The notes: generated by a model from the sequence alone, not told the origin. DNA of 64,000 nucleotides from an uncultured Acetobacteraceae bacterium (GCA_943912335.1 CALTUD010000004.1:74115-138114), one strand, 5' to 3'; counted from the stretch's first letter, positions 19,630 to 30,708 are shown. Made by a program: numbers and translations.

Positions 19630-20757
19630 ATGAACGCCTTCGACCTGTCTTCCCCTCCGGCGCTCGAGATCGACGGCGTTTGTCGCACATTCGGAGAGGA
19701 CGAGGTTCTGCGTGGCGTCGATCTGTGCGTGCGGCCGGGCGAGCTGGTTGCGATCCTGGGCGCGTCCGGCGGCGGCAAAACGACGCTGTTGCGCCTGGTG
19801 TGCGGGTTCGAGCGCGCCGATGCCGGACGCATCCTGATCGGCGGCGTTCCGGTGGACGATGCGAGCGGCAGACGCCGGATCCATGTGCGGCCGGAAAAGC
19901 GCGGAGTCGGCTACGTCGCACAGGATGGTGCCCTGTTCCCCCATCTTTCCGTTTCCGCCAACATCCTGTTCGGTCTCGAGCGGGCCCGGCGCAGCGGCGG
20001 GGCGGCGGAGCGGCTGGCGGCGCACATGCTCGAGCTGGTCGGACTGCCAGCGAGCTACGCCGACCGTTCGCCGCAGACCCTGTCCGGCGGCGAGCAGCAG
20101 CGTGTGGCACTCGCCCGCGCCCTGGCGCCGGAGCCGAGGCTGGTCCTGCTGGACGAGCCGTTTTCCGCACTGGATGCGGGCTTGCGTGCCGGGACACGCC
20201 GTGCCGTCGCCGATGCGTTGCATCAGGCGGGTGCGGCGGCTCTTCTGGTCACGCACGATCAGTCCGAGGCCTTGTCGATGGGCGACAGGGTCGGGGTGCT
20301 GCGCGATGGCAGGCTGGTGCAGGTGGCGGCACCCGCGTCGCTCTACCGGCGGCCGGTCGATGCGGCCCTGGCCAGCTTCGTGGGCGAAGCGGTGCTGATG
20401 GAAGGCTGGGCGCAGGGCCGCACCGTGTGCTGCCCGCTCGGCGTGGTGATGCTGGCGCCGGATTGCGAAGCCCGCACCGGCGCGGTGCGGCTGATGTTGC
20501 GTCCGGAGCAGATCGCGCTCGATCCGAATGCGCCCTGCCGCGCCACGGTCGAGACCGTCAGCTATTACGGTCACGATGCCGGCGTGGTGCTGCGATTGGT
20601 TGAAGGGCAGCGCGTGTCCGCCCGCATCGACGGCGGCGCCGGCTTCGCGCTTCAGCCCGGCTCCGTGGTGGGCGTCGTGGTGGTCGGGGACGCGGTGGCG
20701 TTTCCGGTTGCGGATCGACACGAGGCCGTGGTTGCCGCGGACGGGTCCGACTTCTAA
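19630..20757 (+). CDS. fbpC: Fe(3+) ABC transporter ATP-binding protein with C-terminal TOBE-like domain
   Basis: Walker A GASGGGKTTLL, signature LSGGEQQRVALARAL, Walker B LVLLDEPFSALD. Start at Met-22 of the ORF. Confidence 0.85.
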   Translation: MNAFDLSSPPALEIDGVCRTFGEDEVLRGVDLCVRPGELVAILGASGGGKTTLLRLVCGFERADAGRILIGGVPVDDASGRRRIHVRPEKRGVGYVAQDGALFPHLSVSANILFGLERARRSGGAAERLAAHMLELVGLPASYADRSPQTLSGGEQQRVALARALAPEPRLVLLDEPFSALDAGLRAGTRRAVADALHQAGAAALLVTHDQSEALSMGDRVGVLRDGRLVQVAAPASLYRRPVDAALASFVGEAVLMEGWAQGRTVCCPLGVVMLAPDCEARTGAVRLMLRPEQIALDPNAPCRATVETVSYYGHDAGVVLRLVEGQRVSARIDGGAGFALQPGSVVGVVVVGDAVAFPVADRHEAVVAADGSDF

Positions 20758-20767
20758 AGCGGAGTCC

Positions 20768-21520
20768 ATGCCCCGCCGCCCTGCGTTGTCCCTGTTGGTT
20801 CTGGTGGGTTTGGTTGCCGCCCCGGCCGCGCATGGGCAGCAGGCGAGCGACCCATCCCCGCCGACGCAGCCTCGGAAGAGTTCGAACGCGATCACCTTGT
20901 CGGTGCCGCAGAGCTACGATTTCTCGCAAAGCGTTTCTTCGTCGCCGAGTGCCGATCAGGCGCAGCGTTTGCGGAATGCGCCGCTGCCCGACCCGAACGC
21001 CGTGAAGAAGCCGTCCGACAGCCTGCACGATCCCAATACCGGCGCGGATACGACCCCGTTCGGGTCCGCCTATTCCTACGCCAATCCGCTTTACGGTCCG
21101 CAAGGGCCGGGCTCGGTGCAGAACGCGGCCTCCAAATCCGCCGCGACTCCGGCGCCGCAGGGCCTGCAATTCACCGTGTTCCAGTGGGGCTATCCGCGCC
21201 CGCCGATGCCCAAGGTGGCGGGAGAGGATCTGACCGCCGCGCCGCCGCCCGTGCCGGTGATCGATTTCGCCGTTCAGGCCGATGACAGCACCGTGCTCGA
21301 CGCCAAGGCCTCGGCCACCATCGGTCGTGCCGTGCAGGCCTATGGCCGCGCCGCTCTCACGCGCATCACCATCGAGCGCCCCGCGCATCGGCCGGAATGC
21401 TGCGCCCGGTATCCCGATCTGGTGCGTGCGGCCCTGATCGGCAGCGGCCTGAGCCCGGATCACCTGTTGCCCGGGCATCAGGTTCGTGTGGTGATGACCA
21501 CGCTTCCTGTGAAGAAGTAG
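20768..21520 (+). CDS. Hypothetical secreted Pro/Ser-rich protein
   Basis: Signal peptide MPRRPALSLLVLVGLVAAPAAHG, no recognisable domain. The longer ORF from 20528 overlaps fbpC and is taken as an artefact. Confidence 0.45.
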   Translation: MPRRPALSLLVLVGLVAAPAAHGQQASDPSPPTQPRKSSNAITLSVPQSYDFSQSVSSSPSADQAQRLRNAPLPDPNAVKKPSDSLHDPNTGADTTPFGSAYSYANPLYGPQGPGSVQNAASKSAATPAPQGLQFTVFQWGYPRPPMPKVAGEDLTAAPPPVPVIDFAVQADDSTVLDAKASATIGRAVQAYGRAALTRITIERPAHRPECCARYPDLVRAALIGSGLSPDHLLPGHQVRVVMTTLPVKK

Positions 21521-21561
21521 CGCTCTGGATTCGAGCGCCGTGCCGAGGAAAGTCCGAGCTC

Positions 21562-22362
21562 ATGGCGGGAACGATCAGAACCGGGATCGGCGGCTGGGTG
21601 TTCGATCCGTGGCGCGAGACCTTCTACCCGGCGGGCATGAAGCCGAAAGACCACCTGCGCCACGCCGCCTCCGTGCTGTCGGCGATCGAGATCAACGCCA
21701 CCTTCTATCGCACCCAGAGCGCCGACATCTTCCGGAACTGGGCGGCCGAGGTTCCGGACGGGTTTCGTTTCGCGGTCAAGGCGGCGCGGGGTGCGGCCCA
21801 ACGTAAGGATGCCGCCGAGGCGAGGCCGGCGATCGACCGCTTCCTTCGGTCCGGTCTTGCCGAACTGGGCGACAAACTCGGCCCCGTCCTGTGGCAGCTT
21901 CCAGTCGGGCGCAGATTCGATGCGGATCAGCTCGCAGCCTTTCTCGATCTGTTGCCGGATGGAATCGACGGTCTCGCGTTGCGTCACGCGCTTGAAGCGC
22001 AGCATCCGAGCTTCCTTGATCCTGCCGCCCTGACCCTGCTGAGCGAGCGCAACGTGGCGCTGGTCGGGTTGGACAAGGAGGGTGTCGAAACGCGCGCGCC
22101 GGTCACGGCCGATTTCGTTTATCTGCGCCTGCAGGGGACGCGATCCGGGGAACGGTTCGGATATTCCGGGGCGGAACTGGCACTCTGGGCGGACCGACTC
22201 GATGCGCTGTCGCGCGGCACGGTGCCGGATGCGATCGCCGTTGCGGGTGCGCCGCCGGTCCGGAAGCATGCCCGCGACGTCTTCGCCTTTCTCATCGCGG
22301 GCGCCAAGGAAACCGCGCCGGCGGCGGCGATGGAGCTGGCCCGGATCGCCGCCGCGCGCTGA
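21562..22362 (+). CDS. DUF72 (YecE-like) family protein
   Basis: MAGTIRTGIGGWVFDPWRETFYP... and FYRTQSADIFRNWAAEVPDGFRFAVK are DUF72 hallmarks. Confidence 0.8.
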   Translation: MAGTIRTGIGGWVFDPWRETFYPAGMKPKDHLRHAASVLSAIEINATFYRTQSADIFRNWAAEVPDGFRFAVKAARGAAQRKDAAEARPAIDRFLRSGLAELGDKLGPVLWQLPVGRRFDADQLAAFLDLLPDGIDGLALRHALEAQHPSFLDPAALTLLSERNVALVGLDKEGVETRAPVTADFVYLRLQGTRSGERFGYSGAELALWADRLDALSRGTVPDAIAVAGAPPVRKHARDVFAFLIAGAKETAPAAAMELARIAAAR

Positions 22363-22636
22363 CGGGACCGGAACATCGGGCGCATCCTCGGTCTGCTCGC
22401 AAGCGATGATGATCTTGTTTGCTTGATCGTTCGCTTTTTTCGTGATTTGGTAAAAACCGAAAGAGCGCGAACGGCGCCGTCGGTTGGGTTGGAGCGATTC
22501 TCGCGGGCAGGGCGGGGTTCGTCATCGCGTGACAGCGATGCGGGCCGTACGAACTGCCGCGTCCCCGACGCGCGGAACGCACTCCAGAACGCAAGCATCT
22601 CGTGGCGATAACGCGGGGGCTCTCGGGAGGTCGTCC

Positions 22637-23500
22637 ATGACATATTCAAGGTTGCAGGAGTTCGTCGCCGAACTGTTCGGCACGATGGTTCTGATCCTGT
22701 TCGGATGCGGGTCCGTCGCCATGGTGGTGTTGTTCCCCAATGCCGGTCCGGTGCCGCATGGCGGATACACCAACATCGTGCTGGGCTGGGGTCTGGCGGT
22801 GACGTTCGGTATCTATATTTCCGGCGCGACCAGCGGCGCGCATCTGAATCCCGCCGTGAGCCTGGCTCTGGCCGTGACGGGACGTTTCCCCTGGGCCAAG
22901 CTGCCGCATTACGTCGCCGGCCAGTTCGTGGGTGCGTTTCTGGGCGCGGCGGTTGTGTTCCTCGTCTATCATGCGCAGTGGATCACGGTCGATCCGGCGC
23001 TCGACCATACCACCGGCGTGTTCTCGACCTTTCCCGCCGTGCCCGGCTTCTGGCCGGCCTTCATCGACCAGGTGGTCGGCACCGCGATCCTTTTGGCTCT
23101 GATCCTTGCCGTCGGCGACAAGTTCAACATCCATTCGCCGTCCAATCTGGCGCCGATCGTGATCGGCCTGCTGGTCGTCGCTATCGGCATCTCCTGGGGT
23201 GGCATGCAGGGCTACGCGATCAACCCGGCGCGCGACCTCGGCCCGCGCCTGTTCGCCGTGGTGGCCGGCTTCAAGAACAACGGCCTGACCGACGGTTCCG
23301 GCATCTGGCTGCCCCCCGTCGTGGGCTCGCTGGTCGGCGGCGTTCTGGGTGCCGTGATCTACGATGTCTGCATCGGCCGTCCGCTTGCCGCCGCGCATGA
23401 CATGCGCAATCGCGCTGCCGGTATGGACCCGGATTATGTCGAGACTGGCGTGACGCCGATCGAGACTGCGCCTGCTGTCCAGACTCGTTTGAGCGCCTGA
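22637..23500 (+). CDS. glpF: Aquaglyceroporin (glycerol uptake facilitator, MIP family)
   Basis: Two NPA boxes (HLNPAVS, INPARD), six TM helices. Directly upstream of glpK. Confidence 0.9.
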   Translation: MTYSRLQEFVAELFGTMVLILFGCGSVAMVVLFPNAGPVPHGGYTNIVLGWGLAVTFGIYISGATSGAHLNPAVSLALAVTGRFPWAKLPHYVAGQFVGAFLGAAVVFLVYHAQWITVDPALDHTTGVFSTFPAVPGFWPAFIDQVVGTAILLALILAVGDKFNIHSPSNLAPIVIGLLVVAIGISWGGMQGYAINPARDLGPRLFAVVAGFKNNGLTDGSGIWLPPVVGSLVGGVLGAVIYDVCIGRPLAAAHDMRNRAAGMDPDYVETGVTPIETAPAVQTRLSA

Positions 23501-23541
23501 ACGAAAAAACGAACAACAAAGAAACGTCCGAAGAAAGCTCG

Positions 23542-25044
23542 TTGACCATGCGCGACCATCTTCTTGCCTTCGACCAAGGCACCACCAGCTCCCGGGCCCT
23601 GCTGCTCGACCCCGAAGGCGGGATCGTCGCGGTGGCTCAGGCCGAGTTCCGCCAGATCTTCCCGCAGCCCGGCTGGGTCGAGCACGATCCGAACGAGATC
23701 TGGGCCACGCAGAGCGGTGTTGCTGCCGAAGTGGTGAACCGGGCCAACCTTCCGCTCGACCGGATCGCCGCGATCGGCATCACCAACCAGCGCGAGACCA
23801 CGATCGTCTGGGATCGCCGCACCGGGCAGCCGGTCTACAATGCGATCGTCTGGCAGGACCGGCGCACCGCCGGCCTGTGCGATCGCCTCAAGGCGGACGG
23901 TCTGGAAAAGACCGTGGAAGAGCGCACTGGTCTGGTGATCGACGCGTATTTCTCCGGCACCAAGGTGGCGTGGATCCTCGATCACGTCGACGGCGCCAGG
24001 GAGAAAGCCGAGCGTGGCGATCTCGCCTTCGGCACGGTGGATAGCTGGCTGATCTGGCGGCTGACCGGCGGCGCGGTGCATGTCACCGACGAGACCAATG
24101 CCTCGCGCACGCTGCTGTTCAACATCCATACGCGCGAATGGGACGAGGAGATGCTGCGTCATCTCCGCGTGCCGCGTTCCATGCTGCCGGAGGTGAAAAG
24201 CTCGTCCGAGGTCTATGGCGAGGCCACCGGCACGCTGGCCGGCATCCCCATTGCCGGCATCGCGGGCGATCAGCAATCGGCGCTGTTCGGTCAGATGTGT
24301 CACGAGCCCGGCACGGTGAAGAACACCTACGGCACCGGCTGTTTCATGCTGATGAATACGGGCAAGGATGCGGTTCCGTCGCGCAACAAGCTCCTGACGA
24401 CCATCGGCTGGCGTTATGGCGGCGAGACGCAATACGCGCTGGAGGGCTCGATCTTCGTCGCCGGTGCGGTGGTGCAGTGGCTGCGTGACGGTTTGAAGAT
24501 CATCCGCTCTTCGTCCGAAGTGGAGGCGCTGGCGGCATCCGTGCCGGATACCGGCGACGTCTATCTGGTGCCGGCTTTCGTTGGTCTCGGCGCTCCGCAT
24601 TGGGACCAGTATGCGCGCGGGTCGATCGTCGGCATGACGCGCGGCACCACCGATGCGCATATCGCGCGTGCCGCACTGGAAGGGATCGCGTTCCAGACCG
24701 TGGATGTGCTCCGCGCGATGGAGAACGATTCCGGCATCAGTCTGAAGGAGCTGCGCGTCGATGGCGGCGCGTCCAACAACAACCTGTTGATGCAGTTCCA
24801 GGCCGATCTGCTCGGCATCCCGGTGATCCGCCCGGCGAACGTGGAAACCACCGGTCTCGGCTCCGCATTCCTCGCCGGTCTCGCCGTTGGGATCTACAAG
24901 GATCTGAACCAGGTGCGTCAGCTCTGGAAGGCCGATCGCGTGTTCGAGCCGACCATGTCTGCCGATCGCCGGGAGGCACTGCATGCCCGCTGGCGTAAGG
25001 CGCTCGACCATGCTCGCTCCTGGGTGGAGCCGGACGCCGCCTGA
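23542..25044 (+). CDS. glpK: Glycerol kinase
   Basis: 500 aa with FGGY kinase motifs ([14 protein letters not shown]; [17 protein letters not shown]). Confidence 0.95.
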   Translation: MTMRDHLLAFDQGTTSSRALLLDPEGGIVAVAQAEFRQIFPQPGWVEHDPNEIWATQSGVAAEVVNRANLPLDRIAAIGITNQRETTIVWDRRTGQPVYNAIVWQDRRTAGLCDRLKADGLEKTVEERTGLVIDAYFSGTKVAWILDHVDGAREKAERGDLAFGTVDSWLIWRLTGGAVHVTDETNASRTLLFNIHTREWDEEMLRHLRVPRSMLPEVKSSSEVYGEATGTLAGIPIAGIAGDQQSALFGQMCHEPGTVKNTYGTGCFMLMNTGKDAVPSRNKLLTTIGWRYGGETQYALEGSIFVAGAVVQWLRDGLKIIRSSSEVEALAASVPDTGDVYLVPAFVGLGAPHWDQYARGSIVGMTRGTTDAHIARAALEGIAFQTVDVLRAMENDSGISLKELRVDGGASNNNLLMQFQADLLGIPVIRPANVETTGLGSAFLAGLAVGIYKDLNQVRQLWKADRVFEPTMSADRREALHARWRKALDHARSWVEPDAA

Positions 25045-25247
25045 GGCGGAACCGGTCGAAATGATGTGGGGCGGGAGGAGCAATCCTTTCGCCCTTTTTT
25101 ATGCCTACGGTCTGCCAGCGACTCGGGTCTATCATCGTCGCGCAAGTCGTTCGGTGAAGGCGAGCGTTCATTGCTACCCAGAAGGATACAATTGCTGGGA
25201 TGTGCGCCCTCTCTTCCCGTTCGCGCGTCGGTGACGGTGTCGTCTGT

Positions 25248-25919
25248 TCAGGCTTCGGGACGCTCACCGAATCTGTTCCGGTGACCTGTTCCCGGAAGTA
25301 TGAGCAGCACGACCTGCAGAATCACATTCGCGATGGGCAACGTGAGCAGGAGAAGCCACCAGGCGCTCATGTCGCAGTCGTGTAGCCGCCGGGCATGCAC
25401 CGTCAACGTCGGCCAGAACAGAAGCAAGCCGAGAAACAGAAACGGGATGACGGAGTCGGTCGCAGCCGACATGGCGATAGGCTGTTCGGACAGGCTGCAG
25501 AGTCCGAGCGCGCCAGCAAACAATACGCAGAAAAGAGAGATCGGCAGAAACCATCGAAGACCGAAGTCTTTTCGCGAAAGCCGGCCCCGGAGCGATACCA
25601 GCGCCGCGTTCCGCCCGCGCCAAAGCGAACGGATGATGACGAAGCAGGTTGAGACGAGGATCGTCTCCAGCAGGAGGAATACCAGATTGAAAAGGACGGC
25701 GAACGACCCTACGGAGCTGTCATTGCCACCATCGAGTGAGATTCGTCTGACGACGGTCTGCATCAGGCCAACTTCCGGACCTCGAAGCACCGCCGCCGTC
25801 GCCAGAAAGGCCGCCGCAACCATGTAGGCGGCGACCCGTGGTGAACTACCGTGCGAGAGAGACCGCTCCACGCAAGCGGCACGCTCCGCATCTTCCACTG
25901 AAGCGTCGTTCGGCGTCAT
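25248..25919 (-). CDS. DUF805-family inner-membrane protein with an extended N-terminal membrane region
   Basis: C-terminal RRLHDCDMSAWWLLLLTLPIANVILQVVLLILPGT...NRFG matches the DUF805 signature. Lies in a ~1-kb segment of visibly lower GC. Confidence 0.55.
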   Translation of the reverse strand: MTPNDASVEDAERAACVERSLSHGSSPRVAAYMVAAAFLATAAVLRGPEVGLMQTVVRRISLDGGNDSSVGSFAVLFNLVFLLLETILVSTCFVIIRSLWRGRNAALVSLRGRLSRKDFGLRWFLPISLFCVLFAGALGLCSLSEQPIAMSAATDSVIPFLFLGLLLFWPTLTVHARRLHDCDMSAWWLLLLTLPIANVILQVVLLILPGTGHRNRFGERPEA

Positions 25920-26087
25920 GGTCGTTTCCCCAGCCGTCCGGTGAAGAAACGATCTTTGGAAGAGGAAGTTTGAGGCCGTGTCAGCATTCAGCCCGTCGGG
26001 GCGTTCTGCTCCATCGCTGTGTTGAATGCTATGATGGTCTTTCGGCGCCTCTCCGAACGACGTGGAGGCCAGATCAATCGATGCTGG

Positions 26088-27674
26088 TCAATGCGTGGCT
26101 AAGCTTGTCGAGCCCGTAGTCTCCTCCGCGGCGATCGCGCGCACCGCCTCGTCCACCGCCACGCGCTGCTCCTGCGTGAGCCTGAGACCCTGTTTGGTGC
26201 GACGCCACAGCACGTCCTCGCCGGTGCGTGCCCATTCGTGCCGGACCAGGTAACGCAGTTCAGCATCGGTCAGGTCGGCACCATGATCTCGGCCGAGATC
26301 GGCCATTGACTGCGCATTCCCCAGAACGATCGCCGCGCGTGTGCCGTAATGGCGCACCAGACGACGCAGCAGGCGTTGCGGCGCGAACGGGTAGCGCGAA
26401 GCCAGATCGCCGACCAGACGGTCATAGCCGTCGCGCGCGAAATCGCCGCCGGGTAAAGGAACGTTCGCGGTCCAGCCGGCGCGTCGTCCGTTGTGCGTTG
26501 CCGGCAGAAGCGGCTCGATCTTCGCCAGAACGGATTCCGCCAGGCGGCGATAGGTCGTGATCTTGCCGCCGAAGATGTTCAGCAGCGGCGGCTGACCCGG
26601 CTCCTGTTCCAGCTTCAACACGTAGTCGCGCGTTGCGGCGGAAGCAGAACCGCCCTTGCCTTCTTCGTCATCGGCGTAGAGCGGCCGCACGCCGGAATAG
26701 GTCCATACCACCATCTCCGGCGTGACCGGCTTGCGCAGATAGTCGCTGGCCGAGCGGCAGAGATAGTCGATCTCTTCCGGCGTGGCGCGGACATCGGCCG
26801 GATCGCCGTCGTAATCGCGATCTGTGGTACCGATCAGCGTGTAATCGGTCTCGTAGGGGATCACGAAGAAGATGCGCTTGTCGGCGTTCTGGAAGATGTA
26901 GCACTCGTCATGGTCGTAGAGGCGCGGCACGACGATGTGACTGCCCTGGACCAGACGCACGGGCGCACGCTTGTTCTCGCGCACCACCTGATGCACGACG
27001 CTATCGACCCACGGTCCCGCCGCGTTCACCAGCGCGCGGGCCAGAATGATCTCCTCTTCGCCGGTGTCTTCCGAACGCGTCGTGATGCGCCACAAACCGT
27101 TCTCGCGCACCGCCGATACGCAGGCGGTACGGGATCGCACGGTGGCGCCCAGCGATGCGGCGGCTGCGGCGTTCAACACGGTGAGGCGTGAGTCTTCGAC
27201 CCAGCAATCGGAATATTCGAATCCGCGCGTGAACTCGGGCTTCAAGGGCTTGCCGGTCTTGTCCGTGCGCAGATCGACCGAGCGCGTCGCCGGCAGACGC
27301 TTGCGACCGCCGATATTGTCGTAAAGGAACAAGCCGAGACGAAGCAGCCAACGCGGACGCAAGGCGGTATGGTGCGGCAGAACGAAGCGCAGCGGCCAGG
27401 CGATATGCGGCGCGATTCCCCAGAGCACCTCGCGTTCGCGCAGCGCTTCGCGCACCAGACGGAATTCGTAATATTCGAGGTAGCGCAGGCCGCCATGGAT
27501 CAGCTTGGTGGACGCAGACGAGGTGCCGGACGCGAAATCGCGTTTTTCGCACAGGAACACGCGATGGCCGCGTCCCGCCGCATCGCGGGCGATACCGCTG
27601 CCGTTGATGCCGCCGCCGATGATGGCGATGTCGTAGGGAGGAAGCAGGCTGCTCTTCTGCGGACTCACGTTCAT
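26088..27674 (-). CDS. glpD: FAD-dependent glycerol-3-phosphate dehydrogenase
   Basis: N-terminal FAD-binding fold YDIAIIGGGINGSGIARDAAGRG, 528 aa. In glycerol gene context. Confidence 0.9.
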   Translation of the reverse strand: MNVSPQKSSLLPPYDIAIIGGGINGSGIARDAAGRGHRVFLCEKRDFASGTSSASTKLIHGGLRYLEYYEFRLVREALREREVLWGIAPHIAWPLRFVLPHHTALRPRWLLRLGLFLYDNIGGRKRLPATRSVDLRTDKTGKPLKPEFTRGFEYSDCWVEDSRLTVLNAAAAASLGATVRSRTACVSAVRENGLWRITTRSEDTGEEEIILARALVNAAGPWVDSVVHQVVRENKRAPVRLVQGSHIVVPRLYDHDECYIFQNADKRIFFVIPYETDYTLIGTTDRDYDGDPADVRATPEEIDYLCRSASDYLRKPVTPEMVVWTYSGVRPLYADDEEGKGGSASAATRDYVLKLEQEPGQPPLLNIFGGKITTYRRLAESVLAKIEPLLPATHNGRRAGWTANVPLPGGDFARDGYDRLVGDLASRYPFAPQRLLRRLVRHYGTRAAIVLGNAQSMADLGRDHGADLTDAELRYLVRHEWARTGEDVLWRRTKQGLRLTQEQRVAVDEAVRAIAAEETTGSTSLATH

Positions 27675-27775
27675 CGGGACGTTCCTTGTTCCGCCCCATC
27701 CACGGCGCGGCTGTCAGCGCGTTTGATCGTTCGGACGATAAACTCAAACGAACCAAACGAACAAGGTTCCGCGTG

Positions 27776-28681
27776 TCAGCCTTGCGTGAGCGAATTCTCC
27801 GCGTCTGCGTCCACCTCGATCACCTCGACCCCGGCTTCCCGGCACAGAGCGCGCAGTGTCGGATCGGTCAGCCGGTCGGTTACCAGCATGTCGATTTCTT
27901 CCAGCCGGGCGATCCGAACGGGGGCAGCGCGAGTGAATTTGGAGGAATCCGTCACCAGCATCACGCGGCGCGCATTGTCGATGATCGCACGCGACACCTG
28001 AACTTCGCGCAGGTCGTAGTCCAGCAAAGCGCCTTCCTCGTCGATCGCCGAGGTGCCGATCACGGCCACGTCCGCTTTGAACTGCCGGAACGCATCCGCC
28101 GCCAGACGACCGACGATGCCGCCATCCGACGCGCGCAACGAGCCGCCGGCGACGATCACCTGGATGTCCGGATTGCGGCACAGTTTCAGCGCCACGTTCA
28201 TGTTGTTGGTGACGACCATCAGCCCGGTGCGGCCGGCAATCGCGCGCGCGACCTCCTCGGTGGTCGTGCCGAGATTGATGAATACCGACGCGCTTTCGGG
28301 GATCAGCGCCGCTGCCGCCTCGCCGATCCGGCGCTTCGCATCGGACGCCACCTGCTTGCGCGCATCGTAGGACAGGTTGGCGATACCCGACGCGATGATG
28401 GCGCCGCCATGGACGCGGGTGATGACCCCTGCATCGGCCAACTCGTTCAGATCGCGCCGAATGGTCTGCGGCGTGACGGTAAAGCGCGATGCCAGCTCCT
28501 CCACCGACAAGCGTCCGGAACCGCGAAGCAGGGATGCGATATCCTGCTGGCGGCGCGACAGGGAGCGGTCGAGTGCGGCGGCGGACGGCGTGCGATCGTC
28601 TGCGGAGGGCGCGCAGCCCTCGGGCCGGGGGGGCGGCTGAGGGTCGAATTCGTCGTCGATGGGGGGCGGAAAGTCGTTCAT
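27776..28681 (-). CDS. glpR: DeoR-family transcriptional repressor (glycerol-3-phosphate regulon repressor-like)
   Basis: HTH (LSVEELASRFTVTPQTIRRDLNEL) plus DeoR C-terminal sugar-phosphate-binding domain. Start taken at Met-36 (28681); upstream residues look like out-of-frame translation. Confidence 0.8.
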   Translation of the reverse strand: MNDFPPPIDDEFDPQPPPRPEGCAPSADDRTPSAAALDRSLSRRQQDIASLLRGSGRLSVEELASRFTVTPQTIRRDLNELADAGVITRVHGGAIIASGIANLSYDARKQVASDAKRRIGEAAAALIPESASVFINLGTTTEEVARAIAGRTGLMVVTNNMNVALKLCRNPDIQVIVAGGSLRASDGGIVGRLAADAFRQFKADVAVIGTSAIDEEGALLDYDLREVQVSRAIIDNARRVMLVTDSSKFTRAAPVRIARLEEIDMLVTDRLTDPTLRALCREAGVEVIEVDADAENSLTQG

Positions 28682-28821
28682 GATTTGCCCGGTATCATGC
28701 GCGAGAATCCTCCCCTCCGCCAAGGCCGGACCGCGACCGGAACGGCCTCCTGGTGTGGTTTCGACACGCTCTCTTCTGCATCGCACTTGCGAATGGCCCC
28801 TGCGCGACCCTAGATAGCAAC

Positions 28822-28975
28822 GAGACGTTCTCAGGGCGGGGTGTGATTCCCCACCGGCGGTGATTGTGCGGGCGACCGTGCATCAGCCCGCGAGCGCCCG
28901 CTTTCCTGGAAGCGGGGTCAGCAGATCCGGTGCGATCCCGGAGCCGACGGTATAGTCCGGATGAAAGAGAACGCT
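28822..28975 (+). promoter_or_regulatory. FMN riboswitch (RFN element)
   Basis: Conserved RFN cores read directly: TCTCAGGGCGGGGTG.ATTCCCCACCGGCGGT...AGCCCGCGAGCGCC...GGTCAGCAGATCCGGTG.GATCCCGGAGCCGACGGTATAGTCCGGATGAAAGAGAA. About 70 nt upstream of ribD. Confidence 0.9.
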
Positions 28976-29044
28976 GGCTGCGACGGTCCTTTCCCGCATG
29001 GGAAGGGCCGTGCGCGGCGAGCTGCGCCCTGGGTGTCGTCCGGT

Positions 29045-30121
29045 ATGGGACGGGATCGTGTTTTGAGTGCGGGTGCGGTGAACAGCCTGATCGACGAGCG
29101 GGACTTGACGGACGCCGTGGCGGCCGGCTTCACGGCTGCGATCGACGCTGCGTCGGTCTTTCTTGGCAATACCGCGCCCAATCCGCCGGTCGGCTGTGCC
29201 ATTCTCGACAGGCAGGGCCGTATCCTCGCCACCGGCAGCCATGAGCGCGCCGGCCTGCCTCATGCCGAGGCGGCGGCTCTGACCGTCTTGCGGGACAACG
29301 GGCAATGGGACGCGGCGCACACGCTCGTGGTGACGCTGGAGCCTTGCAACCATCGCGGCCGTACCGGTCCCTGCACCGAAGCCATTCTCCGTAGCCCCGT
29401 GCGGGAGGTCTGGATCGGCTGCTCCGACCCGAATCCGAACGTGTCCGGCCATGGTGCGACGCGTCTGGCGGAGTCAGGGCTCTCGGTACGAACGCTCGAC
29501 GGACATGGCCCGATCGCCCATCGCTGCGCCGCGCTGATCGCGCCGTTCCGGCGTCTCGCGGTCGAAAAGAAGCCCTGGATCACGATCAAGCAGGCGATCG
29601 ACCGCGGCGGCTCCATGACGCCGCCGGCCGGGCAGACCACCTTCACCTCGGAATCCTCCCTGCTGCTGGCGCATCGTCTGCGGCGCGCGACCGACGCGAT
29701 CGTGACCGGCACGGGCACGGTTCTGGCCGACCGGCCCGGCCTCGATGTACGCCGCCTGCCGGACCATCCCGGACGCCGCCGTCTGCTGGTGGTGGTGGGC
29801 AGCCGGAGCCTTCCGTCCGACTGGGTGGCGGCCGCGGAGGCACGGTTCATTCTGCGACGCGTGCCGGCGCCGGAGCTGGTGCCGGCTGTGCTGGCGGAAG
29901 CCGGCGCGATGTGGGCGATGGTGGAGGCCGGACCGGGCCTGCTCGCGTCTCTGGAAAAAGCCGGTTCGTGGAACGACCGGCTGGTGATCACGCGCGGCGC
30001 CGAAGGCGAGGCCGACCGGCTCGCTGTCGATGTCGCGGATGCGCGCGCGGCCTCGCCGCTCCTGCTCCTGCCGGAGCTGACGCGCCGTTTCGAGGAGGGT
30101 GCATGTTCTCTGGAATCATAG
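29045..30121 (+). CDS. ribD: Bifunctional riboflavin biosynthesis deaminase/reductase
   Basis: Zinc deaminase motifs HAEAAAL and LEPCNHRGRTGPC, plus C-terminal reductase domain. The ORF's N-terminal extension overlaps the riboswitch and was trimmed. Confidence 0.85.
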   Translation: MGRDRVLSAGAVNSLIDERDLTDAVAAGFTAAIDAASVFLGNTAPNPPVGCAILDRQGRILATGSHERAGLPHAEAAALTVLRDNGQWDAAHTLVVTLEPCNHRGRTGPCTEAILRSPVREVWIGCSDPNPNVSGHGATRLAESGLSVRTLDGHGPIAHRCAALIAPFRRLAVEKKPWITIKQAIDRGGSMTPPAGQTTFTSESSLLLAHRLRRATDAIVTGTGTVLADRPGLDVRRLPDHPGRRRLLVVVGSRSLPSDWVAAAEARFILRRVPAPELVPAVLAEAGAMWAMVEAGPGLLASLEKAGSWNDRLVITRGAEGEADRLAVDVADARAASPLLLLPELTRRFEEGACSLES

Positions 30122-30708
30122 AGCGGCTCGGCCGGATCCATCGCGTCACGCCGGGCGACGGCACCGTCCAGTTCGACGTGGAGACGGGTTTTCCCGACCT
30201 GTCTCTTGGCGAAAGCATCGCGGTGAACGGCGTCTGTCTCACCGTGACCGCGTTCGACGCGCAAGGGCGCATGTCGGTGTTCGTCAGCCCGGAAACGCTG
30301 CGGGTGACCGCGCTCGGCCGATTGGCAGAAGGGCACAGGGTCAATCTGGAACGCGCCGTCACCCCGTCCACGCGTTTGAGCGGGCATATCGTCCAGGGGC
30401 ATGTGGATGGCGTCGGCCGTCTGGACAGCGTCGAGCCGTCCGGCGAAGCGCGTGTGCTGCGCTTCGTTCTTCCGGCGCGCCTGCGTCGCTACTGCGTGGA
30501 GAAGGGCTCCATCACCCTGGACGGGATCAGCCTGACTCTGAACCGGATCGAGGAGCCCGAGGGCGAAGTCTTCGTCGTTTCCGTCACCATCATTCCGCAT
30601 ACCTGGGACCACACCACGCTGGGCGGTCTCGCCGTCGGCGATCCAATCAACGTGGAGATCGATGTGATCGCCAAATATGTCGAGCAGCTCGCGAGGATTC
30701 CCGCATGA
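30103..30708 (+). CDS. ribE: Riboflavin synthase alpha subunit
   Basis: MFSGIIE...GESIAVNGVCLTV lumazine-binding repeats. Overlaps the ribD stop. Confidence 0.9.
   Translation: MFSGIIERLGRIHRVTPGDGTVQFDVETGFPDLSLGESIAVNGVCLTVTAFDAQGRMSVFVSPETLRVTALGRLAEGHRVNLERAVTPSTRLSGHIVQGHVDGVGRLDSVEPSGEARVLRFVLPARLRRYCVEKGSITLDGISLTLNRIEEPEGEVFVVSVTIIPHTWDHTTLGGLAVGDPINVEIDVIAKYVEQLARIPA

Noticed and set aside
18895-20895. 666-aa minus ORF
   Set aside because: Antisense to fbpB/fbpC.
28961-29044. N-terminal extension of the ribD ORF (MKENAGCDGPFPHGKG...)
   Set aside because: Overlaps the FMN riboswitch aptamer; the true start is downstream.
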